A DNA stretch of 64,000 bases from Cyanophora paradoxa CCMP329 (lineage: Eukaryota; Plantae; Glaucophyta). Below the pieces are notes generated by a model. It did no database searches and was not told where the DNA came from. It worked only from the letters and a program-made list of their open reading frames with translations. Positions 1 through 11,728 of the stretch are shown here, piece after piece. A program made the translations under genes and the position numbers. Where the stretch lies: positions 62,001 to 126,000 of the forward strand of contig QPMI01000514.1 of NCBI GenBank assembly GCA_004431415.1. The letters run 5' to 3'. The stretch's first letter is position 1, and each line of letters starts with the position of its first letter.

Positions 1-42
1 TTTGAGCAGAGCGACGGGCCCTGACCCGCACCCCTACTTCAG

Positions 43-3000
43 GTGAACGTCGCCCAGCGGATGTGCGTCACCGCCGAGCCCGGGTACACCGTATTCTCGG
101 CCCGTCCTCGCCCCGGCGCCTCTGACCGCGCGGACCGCACCGCGCCCAGCTGCGTCCAGGCGTCCGCCGCGTTCCGGGAGGCGCTGCTCACGGCGTGCGG
201 GCCGGCGCCGGGCGGCCCGCCCTTCTGCAAGCTCTCCCCCGAGCGGACCGTGCACGTGCGCCCCGCCGGCTGCTGCTCGTCGGGGCACGCGCGCACGCCC
301 CGCGCCCCCCGCGCCTCGCCCACCGCACAGCAGGTGAAAGGCAAGGGGCCCATGGCGACGTGCGTCCTCGTGCCCCGGGCCGCCGCACACGACCGCGAGG
401 GGTGCGCGCCGCGCCTGAGCTCCGGCTCTGTCTCTGCGGGGGCGAGCGCCGGCGCGCCGGCGATGTCGGAAATGGAGCCGCGCCCCTCGGCGCCGGCCGG
501 CGCCGCGCCGCCCCAGCGCCGGCCCGAGCCCGCGGTGCGCCGGCGGCCGCGACGCCTCGCCCCCACTCACCGCTCTCGCCCTCACTCGCCGCTCCCTCCC
601 ACCCCGGGCCCCTCGCCTCAGGCCGAGCCCTGGGTACAGCGCCGCCTGGCGCGCCTCCTCTTCCGCGGCGACGTCGTACCCCTCGCCTCCCCCGGGCCCC
701 CGGTCCGCCCCCCAGCCCTCCCCGTCCCCCTCGCCCGGGGAGCAGGCGGCAGAACGTGCCCTCAGGCCGCAGCGTCGGTCACGGCCGCGGCCTCCGCCCC
801 CTCGAGCGCCGCGGCCTCCGCCCCCTCGAGCGCCGGGGCCTCCGCGGATTCGAGCCCCCGGGGATTCTCGCATTCCAATCTCGGCTTCTCGGGTACCCCC
901 CTTCTCCTCGTCCTCCGGCCTGGGCCTGACTGGGGCCAGATCTGGAGTCGGCGGCGGCGGCTGGGGACAGCTTCTCGGGACTGCGGGCCGCCGCCCCGCT
1001 CCCGCGGCCGCCCCCAGGCTCCCCCTCCGTGCGTCCGTCCGGCTCGAGCGCGCCGGTTACATCCCGCTCGCCTTGATCTCTCGCCGCGCGCCTCTCAGGG
1101 GGCGGACCGCCGCCGGGTGCGGCGCCTCTCCTCCGTCGCCCATCGCGTGCTCCGCCGCGCCTCGGCCTCCTCCCGCCCCGGACCCCGCCTCCACGACGAC
1201 CCCTCCGACACCGAGAGCGCTTGGTGCGCCCCTGTGCCCTTTCCCCCAGCTTGCCCCCTTCAGCGGCGTCTTTGCACAGGCGCGGGGAGCAGCACGAGCT
1301 CGCCGACTTGGCGCCGCGCCGGGGGGCCTCCCGCCTGGCGGGGCCCGCGCCCTTCGCCGACCCCGCCCGCGAGGCCGACGCGCGCCCTCCCGCCCCCCCG
1401 CCACCTCCCCTCCGCCCTCGCCGCTCACGATCGCCCCCGCCGCAGTTCTGGGCGAAGCGGCGGGCGGACGCGTGGCCCTCGCGGGCGCTCCTGCTCGGCA
1501 TGGCCTGCGTCACGGTCGCCTTCCCCCTGGTGCAGCTCGGCGTGAAGGCGCCGCTGATCCTGGACCGCGTCTTCGCGCGCTGCGGCCTGCCGCTGCCGGC
1601 CCTGCTCGCCGCGTTCGGGCTCTCGTGGCGGCCGCTCTTCGCGGGGCGGCACCGGCTCGTCGCCCACGCCGTCCTCCTCCCCTTCGTCGCCCTCCTCGGT
1701 GAGCGGCCCCGCCCCCCGCGCCCCCCGAGCCGGACCCCGAGACCCGGGGCGGGGCAGGCCTCTACTGGATCCACGACGTCGTCCTCGACGTCAACGCGCT
1801 CGTCAAGTCCGTCAGCAACGGCGACGCCACCGGTGCGCCCGCCGCCCGCCCGCCCCGCCCGCTCGCCCCCGCACACGCTCCGGCGGCCGAGACGCCGCGC
1901 CGACGCCCCGCCCCTTGCCGACCCCAGTCGCCTTCATCTTCGTCAACAACGCGTTCGCCCTCCGCTGGATCGAGGTGCGCCCGAGCGTACCCCCCCACGC
2001 CCGCGGCTGTACCCCCCGCCGCACAGCTGCCGCTCGACGGTCGACCCGCCGCGCGCCCCGCCCCCGCGCAGATCCTCCCGTACAATGCGCTCCTCTTCGC
2101 CCTCTCGTTTGCCAACATGATCGTGCGCCGCTACCCCCCTCATCCCCCCTCCCTCCGCCCCGCTCGAGGGATCGCGATTCCCCCGATCCCCCCGCGCAGC
2201 TGCCGTGGAGCGCGTCCCCAACGGTCCACCTGGCCACGGCGATCGCCTGCGCCGCGGCCGCGCACGCGAGGGAGCTCGACGCCAGGAAGCGCGTGTACCC
2301 CTCGCCTCCCCGAGGCCTCTCCCCGGCTGATCGCTTCGTTTCTTCTCCCAGGGGGTACGTGCTCGACGCGCAGGCGATCCACGAGACGGAGCGGCTCCTC
2401 GAGGACGCCGAAGACACGCGGTGCGCGCGCACCTGCCCGCCGGGCCCGCGCCGTCTCCCTTGCCGCACCCCCTCACCCCCGCCCGCCCCCCAGGCGCCTC
2501 CTGTCGCTCTGCGTGCCGGCCTCCGTGCTCTCGACGCTCGTACCCACCGAGTGCGGCGCCGGGCCGCGGGGGCGCGGGGCCCGCCTCCCGCCGTGACGGG
2601 CCCCCAGGGACGATAGCCTGGCGCCCTCCGACGGGGGCATCGACCGCCTCCTGCGCGGCGCCGCCGCCTCCGCCGCCTCCGCCTTCCCCCGCGTCGTCGT
2701 GCGTTCGGGGGCCGCCTCGAGCACCGCGGGGGCCCCCCACGGGCCGCCCAGGCGGTCTGCGCCGACGTCGTGGGCTTCACGGCCCTCGCCGGCTCCGTCG
2801 AGCCGGCCGCCCTCGTGCGCGCCCTCGACGAGGCCTTCTCGGTTCGAGCCCGCCGCCGCCCAGGGCGCCCCCCAGGCCTCCACCGCCCGCGGCGGACGGC
2901 TGCGTTGACGCCGGCGCAGCGCTGCGACTCGATCGGGAGGCGCCACGGGCTCGAGACTCTGAAGACCGTCGGCGACTGCTGGATCGTGCGCCCTCGCGCG

Positions 3001-3514
3001 CCCTCCGCCGCGCGCACCCCTGAAGCTGCGACAGGGCGTGGCGGGACTGAGCCGGGAGGGCGCGGGCCCGGCGGAGGTCTACGGCGCCCTCTGCGCCGCC
3101 CGGGAGATGCCGGGCGTGTACGCCGCCGTCCCCGTCCGCTCGGGCCCCGCCGCCACGGCGCCGGCCGCGGCGCCGGCGGCCAGCGGCGGCCTGCGGGTCC
3201 GCATCGGCGTGGCGGTCGGCAGCGCCGCCGGCGCCATCGTCGGCGCCGGCCGCTGGCAGTACGACCTCTTCGGCGACGCCGGTTCGAACCCCCGCGGGCA
3301 CTCGTTATCGTCGCCGCGCGACGCCCCCCGCGCAGTGAACGAGGCCCTGGAGATGGAGGAGCGTTCGTCCGCGGGGCGCGTGCGCGTCTCGGCGGCGGCG
3401 GCGGAGCTCGCGATGGCGTACCCCGGCCGGGGGCCCCTGGCGCTCGAGGCGGCGGGGGCGGACCCGGCGGACCCGGGCGGGTGCTCCCCGCCCTCGTTCT
3501 TCCTCGCCGCGTAG
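43..3514 (+). CDS. Membrane class III nucleotide (adenylyl/guanylyl) cyclase with two catalytic domains; 5' part outside the window; multi-exon
   Basis: Spliced reading gives the end of cyclase domain 1 (VNVAQRM..EPG|CVQAS...VKGKGPMAT, 43-370), then hydrophobic TM segments (~1480-2270). Domain 2 follows: ADVVGFTALA...ETLKTVGDCWI|VAG...RIGVAVG...IVGAGRWQYDLFGDA|VNEALEME. Stop TAG at 3512-3514. Confidence 0.85.
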
Positions 3515-3610
3515 CCATCTGCAGCACGCGCAAGATGCGAATGCCTTCGGAATTTTTTTTTCCGATATTGATGGTATCCCGTCGTTTTTTGAGAAAGTGA
3601 TTTTTTTTCC

Positions 3611-3868
3611 GATATTGATGGTATCTCTAGCTCTGGCTCTTCTTCGTGTCAGTCATCCTCTGTCCCTAGATCTGCTCGATTTCTCGTCTCTTCTCGATCT
3701 GTCTCGAGCTCCGTGTCTTTTCTTTTTTATTGTCGATTTTGGCTCTTTGTCTTATCTTTCTTCGTGCTCTTGTCTTAGTTATTTTGCTTTTTTGTCTTTA
3801 TGCCCCCTGGGCAGCCCCCGCAGTGCTGGTGTCTAGAGACTGTGGCCGGTAATTTACCAAAAATAAAA
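3611..3868 (+). mobile_element. Short 5'-truncated copy (3' end plus A-rich tail) of a non-LTR retroelement
   Basis: Near-identical to the reverse complement of ~12768-13029. Ends ggccggtaatttacc-AAAAATAAAA. No TSD recognised. Confidence 0.75.
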
Positions 3869-3870
3869 TT

Positions 3871-4050
3871 GCAAGGGGGGAAAGAAGACCGAAGGTCTTC
3901 CCCCCTTGCTCCCCGTTCCCTCGCTTCAGCCAAAATTTTTCTATGAGGCCGTTTTCGAGGTCCAGTTTGCAACAAAATTGGGGCTTATTCGCGTTCCGAT
4001 TGGCTCGGTGAACCGGTCAGCCCTCGACTTTCGAGCGTGAAAGTCGAGGG
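3871..4050. repeat. Two strong hairpins
   Basis: gcaaggggg..gaagacc-GAA-ggtcttc-cccccttgc at 3871-3909, and ccctcgactttc-gagcgt-gaaagtcgaggg at 4021-4050 (12-bp perfect stem). Confidence 0.7.
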
Positions 4051-4132
4051 GGAAAAGTGGTTTTCGAGGGGAAAACTAATTATATAACTTCTCTCTCACT
4101 CGAGCTCCGGCCGGTCTTCGAATTCGAATTCC

Positions 4133-4930
4133 TTGCGCGGTTCTGCATGGAACCAGTTCTCCTGAGCTGTCTCCTCTAGATTTCGGCTTCCTCGCAGTGC
4201 ATGCGTCGCGTACGCCTTGCTCTTCGTTGCGCGGTTCTGCATGGAACCACTTCTCTCTAGCTGCTATAGCTGTGTCCTCTAGATTTCCGCTTCCTCGCAG
4301 CTGCAGTGCGCCGCGTACGCCGCACGGTACACGTGCCGCCTGGACTACTTTTCAGTGCATCGAGCTTGCACCGCATGCGCATGCGCAGCACCGGCTGCGC
4401 ACGGCACCCGGCCAGCAGACCAGTTCGCGTGTTGCGCACGACGTGCCGCTTGTTTGCTCAGTCGGCGCCCCGCGTACGCCCTGCGTTGCGCCGCGTGCGT
4501 GCGCCCTTGCCCTGCCACCCGGCCAGCAGTCCAGCTCGGTTGCTGGGCACGGCGCTCCGCTGCAGACCGCTTGCCGCTCGCGAGCGGCGAACGGCCCGCT
4601 GCTCGCCGGGCAGGATCTCCCGGAACCGCTTGCCATCTAGTGGTGCCGGCCTGCCAACTCGTGCTCATCTAGAGGAAAAAATGGGTAGCCCTAGTTGAAT
4701 CCCTAGATGACCGGGCCTGTGTCGTGACGGATCAGGCTTCAGTTAGCGTTGTCGCTCCGGATCCGAGCCTTGCCGGGCCGGCGGCTGCAGCAATTGCTGG
4801 GCACGGCGCTCCGCTGCACACGTGCACCGCTTGCCGCTCGTGACGGATCAGGCTTCAGTTAGCGTGGTCGCTCCGGATCCGAGCCTTGCCGGGCCGCGGC
4901 CGGCTGCTGCAGCTGCAGCTGCAGCTCAGC
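4133..4930. repeat. Mosaic of local degenerate direct duplications
   Basis: 4133-4216 resembles 4227-4321; 4540-4580 resembles 4794-4840; 4722-4790 resembles 4838-4915. Confidence 0.8.
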
Positions 4931-6083
4931 GGAAGCGGGTCCCTAGCCGGATTCAGACGAGATGGGACGGACAGCTGCATCGGACCTTGTCCCCGGGCGA
5001 GATTTCCTGCTGCAGATCTAGAGCGCCCGTTGCACTTTCTCATCGTCGTGCACGGGCGGCATTTGCTTACATTGTCATGCTGAACACTTCTGCTTGCGCA
5101 AGCACTTGTTTCGTCATGTCCGGCAGCACACTCGGAGCGCTCAAGTGGGTGCAGTTGCAATTCAGCTGCAGTCGCTGCCAAGCACGTATCGGGTAACGTA
5201 CGCATCCGCTCGCGCAGGGAGCTTCCGTTCCGGCGGTGCATGCGGGCCCTAGCTATATAGGCCTCCAGTTAGCGCTGCGCCAATCCCGCGGTCGTGTGTC
5301 CAAGTGAGTTGCTTCCACGGTTGCGTTCTTTAAAAATTTGCACAGAATTGAGCACCAAGCTTGCGCAGAACCCGATACAGCTGTCACCTGGAGGCCTAGG
5401 CACGTGGGGTCCGCGCTTCTTCGTTCATGTGCGTCACAGTTTCGGCTGCAGCTTATCATTTGGGTGACATGAAAATTGAAATGCAAACTCCAGGGTCCTC
5501 TTCAGCCTGCTTTTCAAAGCCGTGCTGGCGTCGCTGCAGTCCCGCGCTGTTTTGCCCCAGTTCGCCCACGAATGCCGCCTGTGTGTACCTTTACACTTCA
5601 ACCTGCCGCGCGCGCTGGGCCGCGGTCGATCGATATCTAGATCTGCCCCGTGCATGTCCGTTCCGGATCCCCCTACGACTCTTTCATTAGATCCCGGTTC
5701 CCCCCTTGCACCCCCGGCGCGCCAAACGCGGCCGGTCCCCTAGTTATCAGGTATTTATGTAATTATAATTACGCTGTATACGTAGTCAGATCTAGAGTAA
5801 GATCGGCTCACTTTCGTCGAGTCGCGTACCGGTACCCCGGAGTCAAGAGTTCTGCTCAGCGGCTGGCCCCAGCTGCAGGCTCCCAGCCGGAGCCTCAGGC
5901 CCTCAGCTGCAGACTGCAGCCTCGCCCGCCCAGCCCCGGCGCCCGGCGCACGGTTCGAATTCCGCGCACGCTTCGCAGCCACAGATCGAGCCGGGAGCCT
6001 CGCTACTCACCGATTCACCCGTTCGCCGCATATACAGCTCTCCTGCGCGGCCCCGCGGCCGCTCACGCGGCCGGAGGGGCGCG

Positions 6084-7039
6084 ATGTGCAAGCGCTTCGA
6101 GCTGCTCCCTCCTCCGGAGGAGCGGGAGGAACGCGTGGCGGTCGTCACGGGCGGGAACCGCGGGATTGGCCTGGAGGTCTGCCGCCTGCTCGCCCACCGC
6201 GGCTGGCGCGTCGTGCTGGGGGCGCGGGACGCGGGCCTTGGGGCGGCGGCAGCGGCAGAGATCCGTGCGAGGCATCCGGATGCGGCTGTAGCTCCTTGCC
6301 TAATAGACGTGGAGGACGAGCGTTCCATCGATGCGCTGCAGGCAATGGTCCGGGCCGACTTCGGGCGGTGCACACCCGCGATCGCCTTCGCGCGGGTCAC
6401 CGCTCACGCTCGCGCTCGCGCTGCAGCTGCGACGCGGTGATCAACAACGCCGGCGTTTGCCTCGACGGAACGGACGCCGATACGCTCCGACGCAGCTTCG
6501 AGGTCAACACTTTCGGCCCGGCGCGGGTGGTGGAGCGCCTTCTGGCGCTCAGGGGCGACGCGCCCTGCGCCGTCGTCAACGTCTCCAGCGGGGACGGCGA
6601 GCTGCTGTGGTTCGAGTCGGGCGTGCAGGAGCGGCTGGCGGCCGTCGCCGCGGCGGAGGCCTCCTCGTGGGACGGCGTCCGCGCCGCCGCGCTCGAGCCG
6701 CTGCGCGCGTGGATGGAGGAGATGGCGGCCGACAGCCCGCGCTGGGCCGACGGCGCGCACGGCGAGACGCCGGCGTACAAGCTCAGCAAGGCCGCGCTCA
6801 ACGCGTGGACGCGCGTCCTCGCCATGGCGCTGCGGGCGGGCGCCGGCGCCGGCGGGCGGGGCCCGCACTCGATCGTGGTGAACGCGGTCTGCCCCGGAGA
6901 CGTGCGCACTCGGATGGGGCCCCCGCATGCCGACGTGGAGCCCGAGGAGGCGGCCGCTGGCGTCGTGTGGGCCGCCCTGCTCGCCGGGCGCGGCCCAAGC
7001 GGCGGCTTCTATCGGGACGGCGAGCCCATAGATTGGTAG
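6084..7039 (+). CDS. Short-chain dehydrogenase/reductase, carbonyl reductase-like (2 exons)
   Basis: Motifs VVTGGNRGIG, NNAG, YKLSK (YxxxK), VNAVCPGDVRTRMG and GGFYRDG. Intron 6368-6426 (GT-AG) joins ORFs 6084.. and 6086..7039. Confidence 0.92.
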
Positions 7040-7371
7040 TGGGTTGACTCCACATTCAGCCTGGCAGCCTGCAGCTCTACATGTAGCTACAGCGTTAGTA
7101 CTAGTGTAGTTTCATCCAGGATCTTGTTCGTAACCCTTTCCAGTGATCTAGCATGGCGCAGAGCGGCCCGCGACGGCTTCCGCCAACCCTCGCCTCGACT
7201 GATAAGCGGGCTAGGTCACTGGTTTTTGATTTTTGGTCTGGAGCAAAAAAAGGGGAGAGCACGAGCCTAAGCTAACGGTTCAGCTAAGCAGGACCTTTAA
7301 GCGCGGAGGCGCGCGCAGGCGTAGGATATGGTGATGATGCGGGTTCGGAAAGGGGCGCTCGTGCGCGGCGC

Positions 7372-8944
7372 TCATGTGCGCTTCTTGCTGGCGTCGGCGG
7401 CGAGGTCGCTGCTCTCGTACGACTTCATCTCGTCGATGAACTCGGTCGCGATCTGCGCGAACTTGGCGTCCCCGCCGTGGATCTTCCGCGCCTCCTCTAC
7501 CATGTTCGTCCCGTCGTAGTGCCGCAGCGTCGCCCGCACCACCGCTGCGCAGCCGTGTCGGGCGCCGGGCGGGCCCGAGCGGGGCGGAGCCGCGCGGCGG
7601 GGGCCGGCGCACGGCAGAACGAGAGGCTGTGCAGGCACTCGATCGACTTGGAGACGATCTTCAGGCTCGTCGCGTGCGCATTCATGACGGAGAGGATGAG
7701 CGCTGCGGCACGCGGTGAGGCGACGGGTGTGTCTCCAGCGCTGCGCGGCGCGCGGGCCGCACCGACGCCGCCCTTCTCGGCGACGAAGTCCTTGTTCGCG
7801 TAGCTGCAGGTGGCGAGGTTACCGCCCTTGCTGTACCGGTGCAGGACGCCCACGCCCCAGTACGTGATCTCCGGGTCCATCAGGTTCGCCTGCATGGTCG
7901 CAATGACCTTCACGACCGCGTCGTGGCCCAGCTCGATCGGGTCTGCGGCCGGCACGCGCGTGAGGCGCTGCCGCACGCCGTGGCGCGGCGCTCGGCGGCG
8001 CGTACACTCGTCGACGGTGCCGGTGAGAACGATCAGGCAGATCTTCACCAGCTCCAGGCTCGACGCGTGCTGCTGCATGATCTCCAGCGCGAGCTCGACG
8101 ATGCCGTCGGTCTTGAAGTGGTCGCGGACAATCGCTGCGGGGTTGGTGAGCGTTCATTCAAAGATTTGATCTGGGCACGGAGAACGCCAGCGCCGCGCCG
8201 CTGACCGATGTGCATCATGTTCTTGAAGAGGCCCATGCCGTGCTCGAGCAGGTTAACGTCGGTGATGTTCTCGCGCATCAGCCGCATGATCAGCACGCAG
8301 TTGTCGCTGTCGCCGCCGATGGAGAAGCAGTTCTCGTCTGCGCAGAAAGAGAAAGAAGAAAGAGATGAGGATGTAACCAGAGCTAGCGAAGGGCTGAGCA
8401 GCACCGTGGCGGGCGAAGAGCTTCAGAAGAGCCATGACGTCAGCAATCCACTCGGGCCCGAACTTGCACTTGAGCGCGACGAGCAGCAGGTTGACGATGT
8501 ACTCGTCACGGAAGCACGACTCGGAGACCATCAGCTTTTGCTTGTCCACGAACACCTCGTAGAAGCGCTTGATGATCTTATGAAGGCGGTCCCGCGGGAA
8601 GTCAGAGGTCAGCGCCAGCACGAGGTCGCGGCAGTAATCCGCTGGGCTCGGCTCATTTATTCTAAGCTCGCTGTAGGGAGCGGGGGCCGCCGAGCTGGAG
8701 GGAACAGGGCGGATGTCCTTCGAAGGCTGACCGATCTCGGCAAGCTCAGACTCCTGCGGGATGACCTGCGCGCTCTGCATAAGAAACACAAAGACCAAAG
8801 GCGCCTATTCCGCACGGCGGGCGCCCGGGGGGCGGCCCGGTGAGCGCACACGCTGTGGCGGCGCACCAGGGAGAAGAGCCCGCTGTCGGTCTTGCCCTTC
8901 ACCGCCGAAAGAACAGGGGGCTGGGGAGCTGCAGCGGAAGCCAT
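7372..8944 (-). CDS. Armadillo/ARM-type helical repeat protein (~7 exons)
   Basis: Spliced exons give repeats such as IVELALEIMQQHASSLELVKICLIVL, AVVKVIATMQANLMDPEITYWGVGVL and ALILSVMNAHATSLKIVSKSIECLHSL. ATG at 8944, stop at 7372. Confidence 0.7.
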
Positions 8945-9190
8945 GGAAGCTGCGTCGGCTGCGCCCCGGCAACAAAGTCAGTCGCAACGTCTCCCGAAGC
9001 CGGGGCCCGCGGCCACGCCAGAAGGTAGCACTAGGGTGAGCGGCGCGCAAAGGAGCACGGACCCGGGCGGACAAGCGCTGGCATTCAGGTGGGCTGGGCC
9101 CTTTTATTCGAGTGTACCCCCTTCGCTTGTTGACACCGTACCCAAACTTCGTTATCGGCTTCGAAGCGCGCACAAGGAAGACGAGGCAAC

Positions 9191-11688
9191 ATGGAGGCGG
9201 CCGGTCCGCCCCAGCCGGTCGCCCAAGTCGGCCCACCGGGAGGGGGAGGCGGTGCCGCGCCGCAGGAGCGGACGCCCGGGTCGGTCAGCTTCGCGGTCTT
9301 CAAATGCAAGCTGCAGCGGCTGGCGGCGGAGCAGAAGCAGTCTGCGGTGAGCACGGCCTCTTCTCCGCCCGAGGCGCAAGAGTTGTCCTCGTGTGAAGCG
9401 CGCGACGATCAAAAGCTGATCTTGATCTCCCTTCCCGCCCGCGCCGCTTCTCCTCTTGCCAGGCCCAAGTAGAGGAGGGTCGGCAAAAGCTGTTTCGAGC
9501 TCAGGAGAGCCTGCGCGCGGCGGAGAGCGCCATGCAGAGTTTACGTAGCGACATGTGCAGTCACGCCGACGCATTCGATTCCGAGAAGACCAAGCTCAGC
9601 CGACAGGTGCGTGGTGTGATCCAGTACATCTAGTTTTAAGAGGTCTGCGCTGATCTCCGCTTTCCAGTGCGAGGAGAAAGTTCGGGCTGCGGAAGGAGTC
9701 GCAACGGAGGCGCAGGCAGAGGCCCGGGCCGCACGACGACAAGTGGATTACTTCCGAGACACCATTCAAACTTTGCAGGTGCCGCGGATTGGCTTCCGCC
9801 GTAGACCCCGTTTGACCGCTTCCGCAGCGCGAGCGCACGGACACCGACGAGCAGACCCGCGAGCTGCACGCAGAGATCGAATCGCTCCGCGCGCAGCTGA
9901 AGGACAAGGAGATGCTCTGTTCAGGCTTCGAAGTCAGCTTTGCGGCCATAACGGAGCAGATCCTGGAGGTGAGCGGTCGAGGGATTGATTCCCGGGCCTG
10001 GTCCAGTGTTCTCACCGAGGCACTGTGCCGCAGATCACTGAAGCAGAGGCGTCGCACAAGAAGGACGGTAAGCGGGCCGTCGGCTCGGTTGGGAAACGGC
10101 GGGCGCTGACCGCCGACCTCAGTGGAGGCTCTGCGCGAGACGCACGCGGCACTGCTCGCAACGTGCGAATCGCTCAAGGAGGCGGCGCGGTGCAAGGCGC
10201 GCGAGGCGGATGAGAACGCGGCGGCACGTCAGGCTGCCGAGGGGCAGCGGGACGATCTGCAGGCGAAGCTCGCGCAGAGCGAGGCGCGCACGTCGGACCT
10301 GGAGGCGAACGCTCTTGTGGTACGCCTTATCGCGAAGTCATCGGGCTGGAAGGAAGCCGGTGGACCTGTCTGACCGCGCGAGCAGATGGCCGCGGCGAGC
10401 GAGGCCAGCGCGTCAATGGTGGTGGCGCTTCGGGCCGAGCGCGAGGTACGCCCCGGCGCCCGCGGGCTGTTTACGCTGATGCTGACCGCCACGTAATTCC
10501 CAGGGCTGGCTCGTCGCCCTCCGGAAACATCGGATCATGCTGGAGGGCCTTGCGGGGGAGATTTCGGCGCGGGAGTCGAGCGCCAAGGCCGCCCACGACC
10601 GCTGCGACGCCTCCATGCGCCAGAATGCCAAGGTCAGCCCGGGTTGCGAATTTGATCGCCGGATCCGGAATCGAAATTCGAATTTGCTCGAATTCGATCT
10701 CGGGGCGCAGCTGCTGGCGGAGCTGGCGGAGGAGCGCGCGGGCCGCGAGAAGGCCGAGGAGATGGCCGTCGATTTCGAGGCCGAGGTGCTTCTGATTCGA
10801 TCCGATCCGATCTGATCTGATTTGATCCGATCTGATCTGAGCTGATCTTATCGTGCTGCGGCGCAGAACCGGCGGCTACGGGAGGAGGCGCAGCGCCTGG
10901 CGGAGGCGGCGGCCGAGAAGGCGCGTGCGCTGGAGGCTTCCGAGCTCGAGTCCGCTTCGCTGCGGGCCACGCGGGCCGGCCTCGAGGAGCGGTGCGGCGG
11001 GGAGGGCGCCCGATCCGCCTGCTCGCGCTCGCCGCTCACGCGCACCGCCCGCAGGGTCGCCGCTCTCGAGTCGGCCCTGGCAGAGTGGACGGCTCGCGCG
11101 GAGGCCGCTGAGGCGCGCGCCGCGGCGGCCGCCGCCGCGCGCGAGGCGGCCCGGGAAGCGCTCGCTCAGCGCGTCGCGGAGAGCGTTCCGAGGCGCGCCC
11201 GGCCCGCTCGGCACTTGCCTGGCCGCTGCTGATTTGCGCGGCAGGGCCGACGCGGCGCGCGAGGCGTCGGAGGCGGCGGATGCTGCCCGCTCTGAGGCGG
11301 AGCGCGCCGCGAAGGAAGCTTGCGCCTCGCTGGAAGCCCAGCTGGACGGTGCGCGTCCCGTCGCCGCCCGTCTCGCGCGCTCCCGCCGCTGCCCACCACC
11401 CGCCAAACCCTCCGCCTCGCCGCGCAGCGCTGCGGGCGCGGGCTGCCGACCTGCAGGCCGAACGGGAGAGGCTTCTGGCGGAGCGTGACGCGCTGCAGGT
11501 GCGCAGCGCCATCGCTCCGCGACGCATTGGACGGATGCAGGCTGAGGTCTCCGGCGGCTGCGCAGGCCGACCTGCAGCGGGCGCGGACGGCATCCCCTCT
11601 CAAGCCTGCTTCCAAAGCCGCCTCCCCCTGCAAGCCCTCGCCGCCCTCGCCCCCCGCCAAGCCCCGTGCGCAGCCGCCCCCCGGCCCG

Positions 11689-11728
<40 letters not shown>

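Noticed and set aside
5070-5195. Minus-strand peptide PIRAWQRLQ…DMTKQVLAQAEVFS reminiscent of a hAT dimerisation domain
   Set aside because: Short, lacking the conserved core, and with no flanking transposase or TIRs.
11689-11727. Long poly-C run
   Set aside because: It encodes poly-Pro within the coiled-coil/PHD gene. Its length may be a sequencing artefact, so any frameshift there is not evidence of a pseudogene.
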